Shown piece after piece: positions 26,327 through 38,599 of a DNA stretch of 64,000 nt; the stretch's first letter is position 1; the number at the start of each line of letters is the position of its first letter. The translations under genes were made by a program, and so were the position numbers. A model generated the notes under the pieces. It worked only from the letters and a program-made list of their open reading frames with translations, did no database searches and was not told the DNA's origin. This DNA comes from Prorocentrum cordatum (Eukaryota): NCBI GenBank assembly GCA_963575745.1, contig CAUYUJ010000001.1, positions 3,100,001 to 3,164,000 on the forward strand, written 5' to 3'.

Positions 26327-26573
26327 GATGCTGCTGATGATGATACTGAAAATGAAAATGATGTTGATGATAAGGATGGTGCTGATGGTTATGATGATGC
26401 TGATGATGGTGATGATGATGCTGTTGATGAGGGTGGTGCTGATGACGATGGCGGTGATAACGGTATGTCTGATGCGGACTTTGTTGGCGGTGGTGGTGGT
26501 GGCGGTGGTGATGCGGGCGATGCTGCCGATGCTGATGGGCATGTGATGATGGTTGTGTTGATGATTTTGTTTC

Positions 26574-26605
<32 letters not shown>

Positions 26606-26838
26606 CTGATACTAATACTAATGATGGTGATGATGATGGTGATGATGATGATGATCATGATGATGATGATGCTGATGCTCATGCTGATGCTGATTTCGAT
26701 GATGATGATGATGATGATGCTGATTCTTCTGATGGCGATGATGGTGATGGTGATGGTGATGGTGATGGTGGTGGTGGTGGTGGTTGCTGCTGATGATGAC
26801 GCTGCTGATGACGACGATGCTGATGATGCTGATGCTGC

Positions 26839-26870
<32 letters not shown>

Positions 26871-27132
26871 GTGGTGGTGGTGATGAGAACGATGCTGATG
26901 ATGGCGATGCTGATGCTGATGGTAATGCTGATGACGACGATGACAACGATGTTACTGCTGCGGATGATGGTGCTGATGACGATGATGATGATGCTTATGA
27001 TGATGACGTAGATGATGAATGCGTCGGTGATATATTGGGGTTGATGCGGGTGATAGCAGCGATGGTGATTATGCCGATGATGATGCTATCACTGATGATT
27101 ATAATGATGACGATGATGATAATGATTACGCC

Positions 27133-27190
<58 letters not shown>

Positions 27191-27363
27191 CTGACGCTGC
27201 TGATGATGGTGCTGCTGACGCCTCTGCTGATGATGGGAACGTTGATTACCAGTCGGATGGTGATGACGATGATACGGATGATGGCGCTGCTTATGACGAC
27301 GACGGCGATGACGATGCCGATGGTAACGACGACGACGATGACGCTGACGATGACAATCATGTC

Positions 27364-27409
<46 letters not shown>

Positions 27410-27783
27410 CTGATGATGCTGATGGCGGTGCTAATGATGATGCTGATGATGTTCATGATGATGATGATGATGATGCTGATGACGATGGCGATGCCGCTGC
27501 CGATGACGATGACGCTGATGATGGTGCTGATGCTGCTGATGATGCTGATGATGATGCTGATGGCGGTGCCGATGATGATGATGCTGATGATGATGACGAT
27601 GAAGATGACGATGAGGGTGCTGATGATTATGCTGATGCTAATGATCACGACGATGATGCTGATGACGATGATGATGAATCATATGATTTTTTTTATATTA
27701 TGCTGATTCTGCGGCTGATGATGATTTTGACGGTGATGATGCTGCTGCTGCTGTCGATGATGATGATAAAGACATGATGATGC

Positions 27784-27824
<41 letters not shown>

Positions 27825-28084
27825 GGGATGACAATGACGATGCCGATGATGCTGACGATGCCGATGCCGATGACGATGACGCTGATGATGATGATGCTGA
27901 TGGTGATGATGCTGCTGATGCTGATGCTGACTGATGACGATGATGGTGGTGGTCATGGTGATGATGATGATGATGATGCTGATGATGATGATGATTATTC
28001 TAATGGTGTTCATGATGAGGAGGAGGAGGAGGAGGTTGATGATGATGATGATGGTGATGCAGAGGCTTAGGATGATGAGGATGC

Positions 28085-28176
<92 letters not shown>
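25961..28176. repeat. Long imperfect (GAT)n array
   Basis: Direct reading. Confidence 0.97.
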
Positions 28177-28177
<1 letters not shown>

Positions 28178-28394
28178 GGCTTCATAGGAGTGGTCTGGGA
28201 GCAGAGCTCGGCACAGCCACCTTGCATTCGGCATGCACGGTCGCAAGGGCCCCGCGGGGTCCAAGCCAGACCCAGGCGACGAGGGACGGGCCCCAGACGC
28301 CAGACAGGGGCAGCCCCCCGCTACGACCCCTGGTGTCTGAGGCCACCAGGAGCATCGCGGTCAGGCCGCCCCCTTCGCCCGAGCCCTCGCGGGC

Positions 28395-29699
28395 TCAGCG
28401 GACGTGAGGGCCCCCAGACCCCGACGGGGGACCGACGACGGCCGCCTCGGGGCCGTCGGCTGAGTTTTTCGAGCCGCGTCCAGCGGGTCTTATCTTCGCG
28501 CCCTCAGGCCGACCCGCGGCTCGAATTGCGTGCAGCTGGCTCGGGCGGCCCAGCTGCCGTGGTGCGGCCGCCATGGCTCTGCACACGGCGCGCTGGTCAC
28601 GCCCCTTCTTGAGGCGGTGGCCGAGGGGGCAGTGCGAGGCCCGCGGCGCCTCGCCACCTCCGCCCTTGGTTGCTCCAGCTGCTTCCTCGAGCGCTGGCGG
28701 CCTCGTCGCCCCGCTCGCCCGAGGTCGCGGTGGCTGGGGCGGGGTGGGCCTGCCGCCGCCGCGCCGGCGGGCGCGGCGCCCGAGCTCGGCGAGCCCCGCC
28801 CACAGGTCCGCCAGGAGCAGCGTCCGCACGCTCGGCGCGGGCGGCATGCTGGAGAGCAGCATCACGGCCAGCTCCACGAGCCAGGCGCCGCGCTGTTTCG
28901 CGGAGGCGGAGCTCCGCATCACCGCTGCCGTGACTACGACGGGCGACACGAGGAGCGTCTGCGCGACCAGCTCCGCGAGCTTCAACGTCGTCTCGGCGGC
29001 GCACGCCGCGCGAGCGGCGAAGTGCGACACGAGCGCGGACCCGAAGACGATCAGCGCCAGCGGCATCGCCTGCTCCGCCTCGACCTCGTGCGCGACCTCG
29101 GCGCCGCGGGGAAGCTCGAGGGCCTCCTTCCCAAAGTCGACCAGCTCCGTGCTTGGCTCCGTGCCGTCGTCGCCGAAGGCCTCCTGCTCGGCGAGGCGCT
29201 CGGCGCCCCCGGGAGGGTCGGCACCATCGCGAGGGTCGGTACCGCCACGATGGTCATCCTCTCCACGATGATCCGCACCTCCACGAAGATCCGCGGCGGG
29301 CAGCCCTGGCAGCTCCACCGCGTCCCCGTCCACGGTGCGGGCCCCCGCCTCGGCTACCAGGAACGGCATGGCCGAGCTGCGCAGCGCCGAGCGCGGCGCG
29401 CCGCCCGAGCCGCCGACGGCGGCGGCCGCGATCGCGGCGGCGGCGGCCCGCGCCCCCAGGGCAGCTGCCGAAGGCTGCGCCGCTCGCATGGCCTCCACCT
29501 CGGCCGTCAGCTCGCTGCAGCGCCGTCGCAGGCTCCGCGCCTCGCGCAGAGTCGCCTGCAGCAGCGCCTCGGATGCCAGGCGGGCTGCCCGCCGACGCCT
29601 CCGCCTGTCGGCGCTGGGGCCGACGGGGTCCAGCTCTCCAGCGGCCGCGCCATGGCGACGGCGGGCCGCTTCCCGTGCGCGCACGTCAGCTGTGCGCAT
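28395..29699 (-). CDS. Intronless 434-aa ORF of unknown function inside a 1.57 kb insert (28177-29745) in the (GAT)n array; putative retrocopy
   Basis: ATG at 29699 lies 27 nt after GGCTCAAG (SL 3' end, 29727-29734); open frame with a coiled-coil-like RRCSELTAEVEAMR segment and a C-terminal HCPLGH motif. Confidence 0.5.
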   Translation of the reverse strand: MRTADVRAREAARRRHGAAAGELDPVGPSADRRRRRRAARLASEALLQATLREARSLRRRCSELTAEVEAMRAAQPSAAALGARAAAAAIAAAAVGGSGGAPRSALRSSAMPFLVAEAGARTVDGDAVELPGLPAADLRGGADHRGEDDHRGGTDPRDGADPPGGAERLAEQEAFGDDGTEPSTELVDFGKEALELPRGAEVAHEVEAEQAMPLALIVFGSALVSHFAARAACAAETTLKLAELVAQTLLVSPVVVTAAVMRSSASAKQRGAWLVELAVMLLSSMPPAPSVRTLLLADLWAGLAELGRRARRRGGGRPTPPQPPRPRASGATRPPALEEAAGATKGGGGEAPRASHCPLGHRLKKGRDQRAVCRAMAAAPRQLGRPSQLHAIRAAGRPEGAKIRPAGRGSKNSADGPEAAVVGPPSGSGGPHVR

Positions 29700-29745
29700 G
29701 GTCGCAATACGGCAAGGCGAGCACGGCTTGAGCCGCATGACAACT

Positions 29746-29803
<58 letters not shown>

Positions 29804-29888
29804 GGAGGAGGATGAGGATGATGCTGATGATGATGATGATGATGATGATGCTGATGATGATGCTGATGATGATGATGATGATGATGCT

Positions 29889-29942
<54 letters not shown>

Positions 29943-30002
29943 GGTGGTGGTGATGGTGGTGGTGGTGGTGGTGATGATAATGATGATGATGATGTTGATG
30001 AC

Positions 30003-30048
<46 letters not shown>

Positions 30049-30318
30049 CTGATACTGATGCTGATGCTGATGATGATGATGCGGATGAAAACGATGCTGC
30101 TGCTGATGATGATCATGATGATGATGATGCTGATGATGATGATGATGATGATGCTGATGGTGCTGATGCTGATGCTGATGCTGATGATGATGATTATGAT
30201 GATGATGGTGATGGTGATGGTGATGGTGATGGTGATGATGATGATGATGATGATGATGCTGATGATGATGATGACGATGATGATGACGATGATGCTGATG
30301 CTGATGATGATGACGAAC

Positions 30319-30416
<98 letters not shown>

Positions 30417-30427
30417 CATGATGATGA
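29746..30427. repeat. (GAT)n array, continuation after the insert
   Basis: Direct reading. Confidence 0.97.
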
Positions 30428-30883
30428 CGGACGGGAGACGTGGACGAGGATATGCCGTTTCGGATGAGGTGAGGATGGGAGTATGTCCTGGAGCCCACTG
30501 GTGCGATGGCGTTGGTCTGATGCCCGCAGGAGGTGCCTGGAGTCTTTGCGCCGACGCCGACATTGGCTTGGACGCGGACGGGTTAAAAGGGCAGCTTGGC
30601 GTTGAAGCGCATCTTTTGGTTGTAGATCTGTCCTTGCCTCTCCCCTCCCCTGCCCCCCCTCCCTCTCCCTCCACTCTCGTCCTCCACGCTGCCCGTCCTC
30701 TTCTCCACTCAGCGTGATTCAAGGCTTGCACATGTGTGCTCGCGCTCTGTACATGCACGCGACTATTTTTGCGGACACCGTACGGGCGGTCAGACAGTCC
30801 CGCAACGCCAGCCCATGGTTGACAGGCTTCTTGAGCAGGGAAGATGTGCGGATGAAGGATGGCTTGAGTGGACACTGGGATAA

Positions 30884-31034
30884 AGGGGGCCACGTGCAAA
30901 CCCTACCCCTACCCCCCACGATTTCTGAAGGGGGAGGGTGGGGTCCACTTCGTTCGGGAGCTCCAGAGCGAAGTGAACCCCACCCTCCCCGTCAGAAGTC
31001 TTGGGGGCAAGGGTCGGGTTCACATGTGGCCCCT
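30884..31034. mobile_element. Foldback MITE family D copy 1 (copy 2 at 33408-33559)
   Basis: gggggccac.tgc.aaccctacccctacccccc ... gggttcacatgtggcccc, palindromic about a central gggagctcc. Confidence 0.85.
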
Positions 31035-31409
31035 CCTCCTCCTCCTCCTCCTCCTCCTCCTCCTCCTCCTAGATGGCTTGAGTGGGCACTGGGCGTTTTG
31101 CCGCAGGACGCTGAACCCGACGGGGCTTGCGGCCTCTTCGTATGCCTTCGCGCTGCTGTGCTTCCTACCCGGGCGAGAGGCCCGCCTTCCACGAGCTGCT
31201 GCCTGCACTGCTTTGCCAGGAGGGGAAGAACCACACAGACACGATCAATCGTTGATTCCCTCGAAAATCGTTGATTCCCTCCCTCGAAAATATGGGAAAC
31301 TATGGGAAATGTGGGGGGGGGGGGGAAGACAAACACCCCGTACCTATGGGACACCTATGGGACCTCCTGTTATCTATGTCTATTTATGTGTGTGTCCCAG
31401 GGCCCCTTT

Positions 31410-32750
31410 CATTTTGAGTTCTCTAGACGCTCGGCCTGCACGTTTGCTCCATCTCGAAAGCGGTCGACCAGTATGGCGCTCGTTTGTACTTCATAACGGT
31501 TGAACGCTTCGTGTCCGCATGTATCCACACGTATTGTGATATTGTTCGACGTATTTGCTGTTTGGTCGTTACGTCCTTGGGGATACATTGCGCTCTGTGG
31601 TTAGTTTCATTCGCCACGCCGAGCCGACGCTTGTTCAAGATCAGCGATATCCTTCCATATCGGATGGACGAGGGATCGAGAAGAGTTGAAACGGCGACGG
31701 GGAATGATATTGCGAGGGGGATGACGCACAGCTCCCTGGCCCCCTGGTCTGCTGCACAGTAAACAGGGAGGGAGGAGATTCTGCAGGGAGAGCTCCAGGA
31801 AGCGAAGTCCATGCCGACATGCAGCCCAAGAGTACCTCTACCACCTCGCCCATTGAAAGTGTCAGCGATTGCTTCTGCATATCGACGTCTCGCTGCTGCC
31901 GCTCACTCTGACAGTCCCCGTCCTGTCTCTCTTCAAGGCTTCCTTTTTCAGATAAGCCTTGGAGGCCATGGGCATGCTGCTCCGCTCGGTGTGCCGTGTG
32001 TTCTGTGGCCGTCAAGACCTATGCGTCGATCAGGCGATCGTCTATGTTCTTTGCAGCAGGCAGTTCCACCAGTCACACTCATGGAGTTCTTGGGTATCGT
32101 CCCCCCATCCAGCGCGGCTCAGTTGGTGAGGCTCACAGTACTGCCGTTGTTAGCGATACCACTTGTTTGCGACGCCCCAAACAGCTGGCGCGACTTGTTT
32201 CGTGTTTGCTCGACGTCATCAGCTTGTTTGGCGTTGAGGCGTTTGTGCGCACGATGCGTCTACAAACAAAGCTAGTTCAGTTGATTTATTAGCCTTCTGC
32301 TCATCAGGACATCGGGGCATGGGTGGGATTGAGCATGTAATGCTTCTGTTGAGCGTCTGTTTGACGTGCACGCTACAGATCCGCATGTCGATCCACATCT
32401 ATATCACATCTGAATCATCATTTGTGTGTGGATACAACGTGCTTCGCATTTTGTAATCATGTACTGGCAGCTAGTTGACGCCACATTGTGTGGAAATCAG
32501 ACTCTAGAATGGCTACTGATTGCAATGTACGGCGCTGGTGTCGTGCAACAACGACACCACGACATCTCGATATGCTGCACCGCAACGTCACAAACATGTG
32601 CTACCACAGTTGGTACATAGTGTTGGGCCTGATGTGGCTCGCGGCTCCGTCGTAGTCATCTCACCGTGGGTTAGCGCCAGCTTCCGAACTCATAACGCTT
32701 CGTAAATCCCCAGCAGCCCATCCGTGAACGATCCCCAGGCGGGTTGCAAT
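31410..32750 (-). mobile_element. Very decayed, lower-GC retroelement-like fragment, possibly the 3' part of a restriction-like-endonuclease LINE
   Basis: Lower GC than the flanks; minus-strand KKEALKRDRTG..V resembles the E..K..RY region of RLE domains; many stops. Confidence 0.3.
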
Positions 32751-33044
32751 GACCAGGGAAGTGTGGGTGCACGCAGTGGATCAGAGAGCGGAGGCCGCCG
32801 TCAAACCAAAGCTCGGGATGAGCCTGGCTGGATCTAGGAGTCAGCTACGATGGCCTTCGTGCCTCGTTCGATTTGAGAGCCTTTTGACAGCTCTGGGGTA
32901 TGGCTCTTGGGGCTCTCTTCGCCCCCCCCGCCCTGGGCGCAGGGGGGGATGGGGGTCCCAGATCACCCCGCTGGGCGCAAGGGGGGACAGGGGGGGTTCT
33001 GACCCCCCCGCCTTTGAGGAAACGCCCCGAAGGTTGGGCGTTTA

Positions 33045-33220
33045 CAGTCGGGGCCCTGAAGAAGGAACCCTTTTCGTTGGGGAGGGGCTCCGCGTTCCTT
33101 GATTGTTTCGCAGCTTGCCTTGGATTTCCCTTAGGTTTTCGATGCGAAATCGAAGTTCAACTTATGGAGAATAGGGGCCTCGCTCCTTATTTAGGGTTCC
33201 TTAGGTCAACGCCCCGACTG
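33045..33220. mobile_element. TA-flanked MITE, family B copy 2
   Basis: TA|CAGTCGGGGC ... GCCCCGACTG|TA, internal sequence homologous to 11389-11563. Confidence 0.9.
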
Positions 33221-33407
33221 TATGTCTGGCTCGACCGCTTCCCTTCGGGTCCCAGGCGGCGCCGCCGTATCTGCACCCGCGGTGGGCGCTGCCTGCCCGA
33301 GTCTCTGCGGCGGTGGGCAGGGTGGAAGGCCTTCATCCCGGCCCTGCCCCCGCCACTGCCATCCTATCCCTTACTCGGGGGCGGAAAAGAGGGGGGTGAT
33401 GACTATA

Positions 33408-33559
33408 GGGGGCCTCATGCGAACCCTACCCCTACCCCCCACGATTTCTGAGGGGGAGGGTGGGGTTCACTTTGCTCGGGAGCTCCCGAACGAAGTGAAC
33501 CCCACCCTCCCCCTGAGAGAAATCGTGGAGGGTAGGGGTAGGGTTCGCATGTGGCCCCC
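33408..33559. mobile_element. Foldback MITE family D copy 2
   Basis: TA|GGGGGCC ... GGCCCCC|TA, near-perfect hairpin over its whole length. Confidence 0.9.
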
Positions 33560-34499
33560 TAGACTAGGGGGGGGTGGATATCATGGCGGGGGCCATGCTA
33601 TTTCCCCAGATTTCATGGCGCCTCTTCTTATTTCATTAGGTCCCTGCCCCCCCCCGCTGGGCCGCGCACATGCCGCCGGTCATGATTTGCAACCCCCCCT
33701 CTTGGACACCCCCCTCTTGGCCGCTCCCGAATCCTATTCTTTACACTTCCATTTTGCCATGAAATGGCATTCTGCTTGTACGCGGCAGCTCGACTCGCCT
33801 CCATCATCGGCGTGATTACCTACGCCGGCCAGCAGTACGACGGAGGCTACCTGCAGGACGCTACAACACCACGGTGGACTCCTGCGGAGATATCCACCTG
33901 AACGGCGCCGACGCTGCTACTGCGCTTTCCTCGCCTAGCACATGGACTTCGCGCGCGAGGAGATTCGACCGCTTTACAGAAGGCTTTTCTATTCCCAAGA
34001 ACGACCTCCTCTACTACGTCATTGTCGAGTGCGCGTGGAGAAGCGACCGCTACCAGTACGACGCCGACATCTTATGCCTCCTCTTCGTCGAGTGCGCGTG
34101 GATTCCTGACCCCCTCCACCACGGCGACTAGTTCATTCACTACCATTGTTTCCATCATTACTTCTCCCGCCTGCGGAAACTCGATCGATGCCATACATCT
34201 CCGAACTTCCGGATCGCTTACTCCCGAAACCATCCTTGTTTCCTGCTGCTCGTGGCCGTGGCACCGTGACGGGCACAATCTCTACATCTCGGCGCACTAC
34301 GACCCCATCCACCTTCCCCAATCGTTTCCACTACCTGGGCCTTGTCGTACACAGACTCATTTCTACAGCCATTGGTGCGCTCATAGGCCACGTGATGCGT
34401 GAGCGAGACGGAAATCAGATGCGAGGTCCCGCGCGGGACCAGGCTGGCATCGTTCCTTGTCGCGTATGGGGCGAATGACGCCTTCGCGCCAATCTGCAG

Positions 34500-35580
34500 C
34501 CTTTCAGCGTGGATTGCAAGGCCTTGCGCGCACTCTAGCGATGCGCATGCCGTCTGCCGTCGTCAACTCTGGCGCAGAGGTGAATTGTGTCCGCGCTGTC
34601 TCTGTCGCCTACCTGTTGCACAACGTGACCCAGAGGTTCTAGAACCTGGAGGACGAACGGCAGCTACAACAGGGGCTGGGGCCTGTGGAAATTCGCGTCC
34701 AGCCCAATACACGCATCGATGGCCTGCTGGCCAGGTGGGAAATCGCCCGCGTGAAAACTGACGCAGCAGGCTTCGGTCTTGGCAACATCCAGTTACTATC
34801 TACTGCCCTGGCGCGAGATATGTTACGCATACCACCGAGCGAAATACGATCATTACTGCAGCCACTCAACCACGCACCCAGAAGGTTTATGACAACCTAC
34901 TGGAATCCGTCTGGCGACGACGGCCCATCACGGGAGGGCAGCTGATGGGTGGCCGCGCCAAAGCCGATGCAGGTGCGGCGGGCGCGCGCCTGCTGGGGGG
35001 GGCCCGCGACGCGACGGACACCTGAGGGGGCCCCGGCGCCTGGATCCTGGGACGCCGCGGCTCCAGGAGTTCAGCGTTCAGCGTGTTCAAGGGAAGTTGA
35101 CAGCTGGGAGGCCGCCGAGTGCACCGGCGGTGCCTGCAACCATCCCCACAGCCACTCTGGAGCAATCCTTACTGACGAGGGCGACAGCGGTGCGGACGCG
35201 GACGCGGCTTCTGCCGATTACGACGCTGAGTATACCTGGAAAGATCTTGCCGATTGACCCAAAAATCAACCCGCACAAGGATTGTAAGCCAGTCCGACGA
35301 CTGTGGCCCTTCATGAAGTACGCCCTGAACGGTGGCGGGCGAGGAGGCCATGCAGGGCGCCGACGGTCAACGGGCACAGGTGCGCAGGCCTACGTCATTG
35401 CCCTCACCGATGATGCACGTACGCAATTACTTTTCGGAGGCAGAGGCAAAGGACGGGGCGAAGGATGTTTCGATCGGGCCCGCTCAACAGGGAAAGGCAA
35501 GGGCCGCAGGCAAAACTCACAGTAAAATCTGTAAGGACAGGTATAGTTCATGAGAAAGCATTGGGGGGTGCCTATACCTG
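34500..35580 (+). pseudogene. Decayed gag fragment related to the copia gag at 46572
   Basis: AYLLHNVTQRF...NTRIDGLLARWEIARVK..AAG aligns by eye with LLLLVLSRSF...ENTDQTLSRFEVTRRR..ALG; both end in GKGKG/GKGRR tracts. Confidence 0.6.
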
Positions 35581-36199
35581 GTGTTCGACGGCGTTAAGGG
35601 GCTTTATGATTTGAACAACACTTATTCAAGTAACGAGTAGCTCGGCTCCTGGGGACACGACCAGATGCGAGAGACATGGGGGAAGCAGGTGCACTTCGGC
35701 ATGTGGAAACACGACCCGAACCCTCCGAACCCGAACGCGAGGCGTTACGTCCATGTCGCGTCCTTTCGATGTTGAGCGCGCACGCGGCATGAACCGCGAG
35801 GTTGTGGACGACGATGACGCACCTCCTTGCGCCGGGGGGCAGGGGTCTGGAACCCTCCTGCCTTTCGCCAGGGGAGGGGTGGGGCCAGAAACCTTTCTCC
35901 CGGGGGAAGGGGCGTGGGGGGGGGTGGTCGATGGTGGAGTGGCGCCCTCCGGTTTCGGAGGGGGGCTCTGGATTCTTTGTTTTGGCCTGGTCGGTCCGCG
36001 GTTTCGAGACTTCCCTCGTGGATTTTTTCTAGGCGGTGGAAGTGGGCGTGGGGATGCCACGCTCCTCCCTCGTCCTGGTTGGTTGGTTGGTTGGTTGGTT
36101 GGTTGATTGGCGCGCCTTCGTGCGTGTGCCGGCGGCGCGAGGCCGCTCGGAGTGCGTCTGGGTGCGTGGCCTGGTGCACGGCGTTGCCGCATTCACCAG

Positions 36200-36660
36200 G
36201 TGCCCTTGCTAGGGCTGGGTTCCGCTGGCGCGCCCCAGCTAACGCTGGGCGGCTCCAGTCACCCTTGCTGACGCTGTGTTCCGCTGGGCCGCCGAAGCGC
36301 TTGCTAACGCTGGGTTCAGCTGGTGCGCCCTTGCTAACGCTTGGCGGATCCAGTCACCAAAACCCTTGCTGACGCTGGGTTCCGCTGGTGCGCCCTGGTT
36401 AACGCTGGGCGGCTCCAGCCACCAAAAACCCTTGCTGACGCTGGGTTCCGATGGTGCGCCCTTGCTAGCGCTTGGCGTTTCCATTCGCCAAAAACCCTTG
36501 CTTGCGCCGGGTTCCGCTGGTGCGCCCGTGCTAACGGTGGGCGGCTCCATTCATTGAATATTATTGCTGACGCTGGGTTCCGCTGATACCCCTTTCTAGC
36601 GCTAGGCGGCTCCAGCCATCAGAATCCTTTGCTAACGCTGGGTTCCGCTCCAAGGCCAGC
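36200..36660 (+). repeat. 66-bp tandem repeat in the 5' region of the YR element
   Basis: cccttgct recurs at 36363, 36429 and 36495; each unit has two related halves. Confidence 0.9.
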
Positions 36661-37161
36661 AGCACTTGCTGGCGCTGAGTTGCTTGCAGTGGGGCGCCTG
36701 TGCTATCGCTGGGCGGCTTCGCAGCTGGGGTGCTCTAGTGGCCAGGTACCTTCGCTCATCTTTCCACGCCCGCGCCCTTGCTCACACAGGGCGGCCCTGG
36801 TAGCCCAGAACCTTCGCTGACGCTGGGTCTCACGGAGGCGCCCTTTGCTTGCCTGGGGCAGCTGTGACAGCCACGAACTGGGTGGTCGCTCACTCGCCCT
36901 GGCCGGGCGGCCACAATAGCCCTTGCTTGCATTGGGTTCCCGCGGGAACGCCCGCGCTGGCGCTGGGCGGGTCCTGCCCCTGCAGGGCCTGTTTTTGCGC
37001 GGGGGGGCTCTGGTCGCGCATGTTTTGGCTGGATTCGCCCGCTCTCGTTCCGCGTTTTGCGTTTGTGCGGCTGGTGTTGTCGCGTTGTCAGTGGGCTCGG
37101 CGGTTCGAGTTGTTTGCCCTCATTCGCCAGTCTGCAGTCCTCCGCCGTGCTGTCCAGAGGC

Positions 37162-38465
37162 ATGGCGCAGGTGTCTGACGCAGAGATCGCTGCCGATCTC
37201 GAAGGCCTGCCGGATGCAGCTTCTGCGGGCGCCACCATCTCGGAGAGGTTGAACTGGGTCCGGTTCGTGCTTGAGGTGGATGAGGCACCACGGGCAAAAC
37301 ACGGATTCCGCTGCTACTCCAGCGTGGCCGGGCTTCTGGCCGACTTGGTCGGCAGGGTCCGCCCTAGCGACTACGGCGACGTCGTCATCCGCGGGGTGAT
37401 TGCGGAGGGCCTCAAGCCAGGTGATTTCCCTTTCGTTGGCGAGGCCTACCCTGAGTCGTGGAAGTTGCTGAATTTCACGCCGGCGCAGATCGTGTGCGCC
37501 TTGCGCGTTCAGGGCAAGTGCGTCGCCCAGGTGACCCCTGGGAGCGGCATTTCGGGCTCGGGCGGCGCACTTGCGACGGCCGCGCCGGCTTCGAGCAGCG
37601 GCGCCCTGCGGAGGCCATGCGTGACTTCGCGAAACAGGCGAGCACCCAGCCCAAGAAGGGCTCGTCTTTCAGCTTGGCAGACCGGATTCGCGAGGTCGGT
37701 CTGCAGGGCTTCCTTTCGGAGGCGTTGCCCTCCGAGGAGCTCGCCGCGAAGTGGGGGGCCGCCGGCCGCGCTGCCGCCGACCGGGGCAGGGCTTGCGTCG
37801 GAGGCGCCGACGGTGACGACCTCCGGGCAGCCCGCAGGCCCCAGTGGAGCCGCGCGCCGGGGATCGACGCGGTCGCTCCAGGCGGGTCCTGGGAGGGCCG
37901 CGTGCGCGCGTCGCTTGAGATGCGCCGCACGCGGGCGCAGGAGGACCGGGTGCACTCCTTCGGGTTCGCCACTTTCTCGGGCCATGTCATGACGTGGGGT
38001 CAGAAGATCTGCATCATGAAGGTTTGTTCTGCGCACGAGGTTCTGGGTTGCGTCTTCTTGCCGGCCCGGGTGGCCGAGGAGTTTGGCGGCGTGCGCGCGG
38101 CTTATTTCTACGACTGGCTCGCGCGCCGCGAGATGGCGCTGTGTCTCGGGAGAGGCGAGGCGTGCATGTCGCACTTCTTTCAGAAATTTGATCGCCAAAT
38201 CGTCCGTGACGCCCGCGACAAGGCGCAGATGGCCATGGGCCGCGCCGGCAAAGCTGCAGCCAAAGGCACTGCGCAACCGACGCAGGCCAAAGGCAACAGC
38301 GGCATGGCCAGCAGCAGCGAGCAGTCCACCCCAAAGGGCGGCGGTAAGACTGGCAAGGCCGACGCGGGCAAAGGCTGCGCGCCAGTCTCTCACCAATTGA
38401 ACCGTTCCAGGAGTGCCCGGGCCAGCCGGGTCAACCGGAGCAACCGGCGCAGTGGCAGCGGCTGA
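37162..38465 (+). pseudogene. gag-like ORF1 of the YR retrotransposon (frameshifted near 37600)
   Basis: MAQVSDAEIAADLEGLP... then VAEEFGGVRAAYFYDWLAR (A..YD...R motif seen in DIRS-type ORF1) and a GK-rich tail. Confidence 0.6.
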
Positions 38466-38599
38466 GGCGGCCGAGATCCCAGCAGCTCAGATCCAGAGCT
38501 TTCCCATGTTGATGGCAATGGCACTCCGGCCCACGCGCTTGCGCGCGCAAGTTCTGGCAGTGACCCGGGGCCGCCTGTGCGCGAGCTGGCGCCGGGCGG

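Noticed and set aside
21901..30899. Long poly-Asp, poly-Met, poly-His and poly-Ile ORFs
   Set aside because: Translations of (GAT)n arrays that are open in several frames; no evidence of coding.
33780..34480. Possible APE endonuclease remnant (YISAH, RGTRLASFL)
   Set aside because: Too degenerate to call without a profile search.
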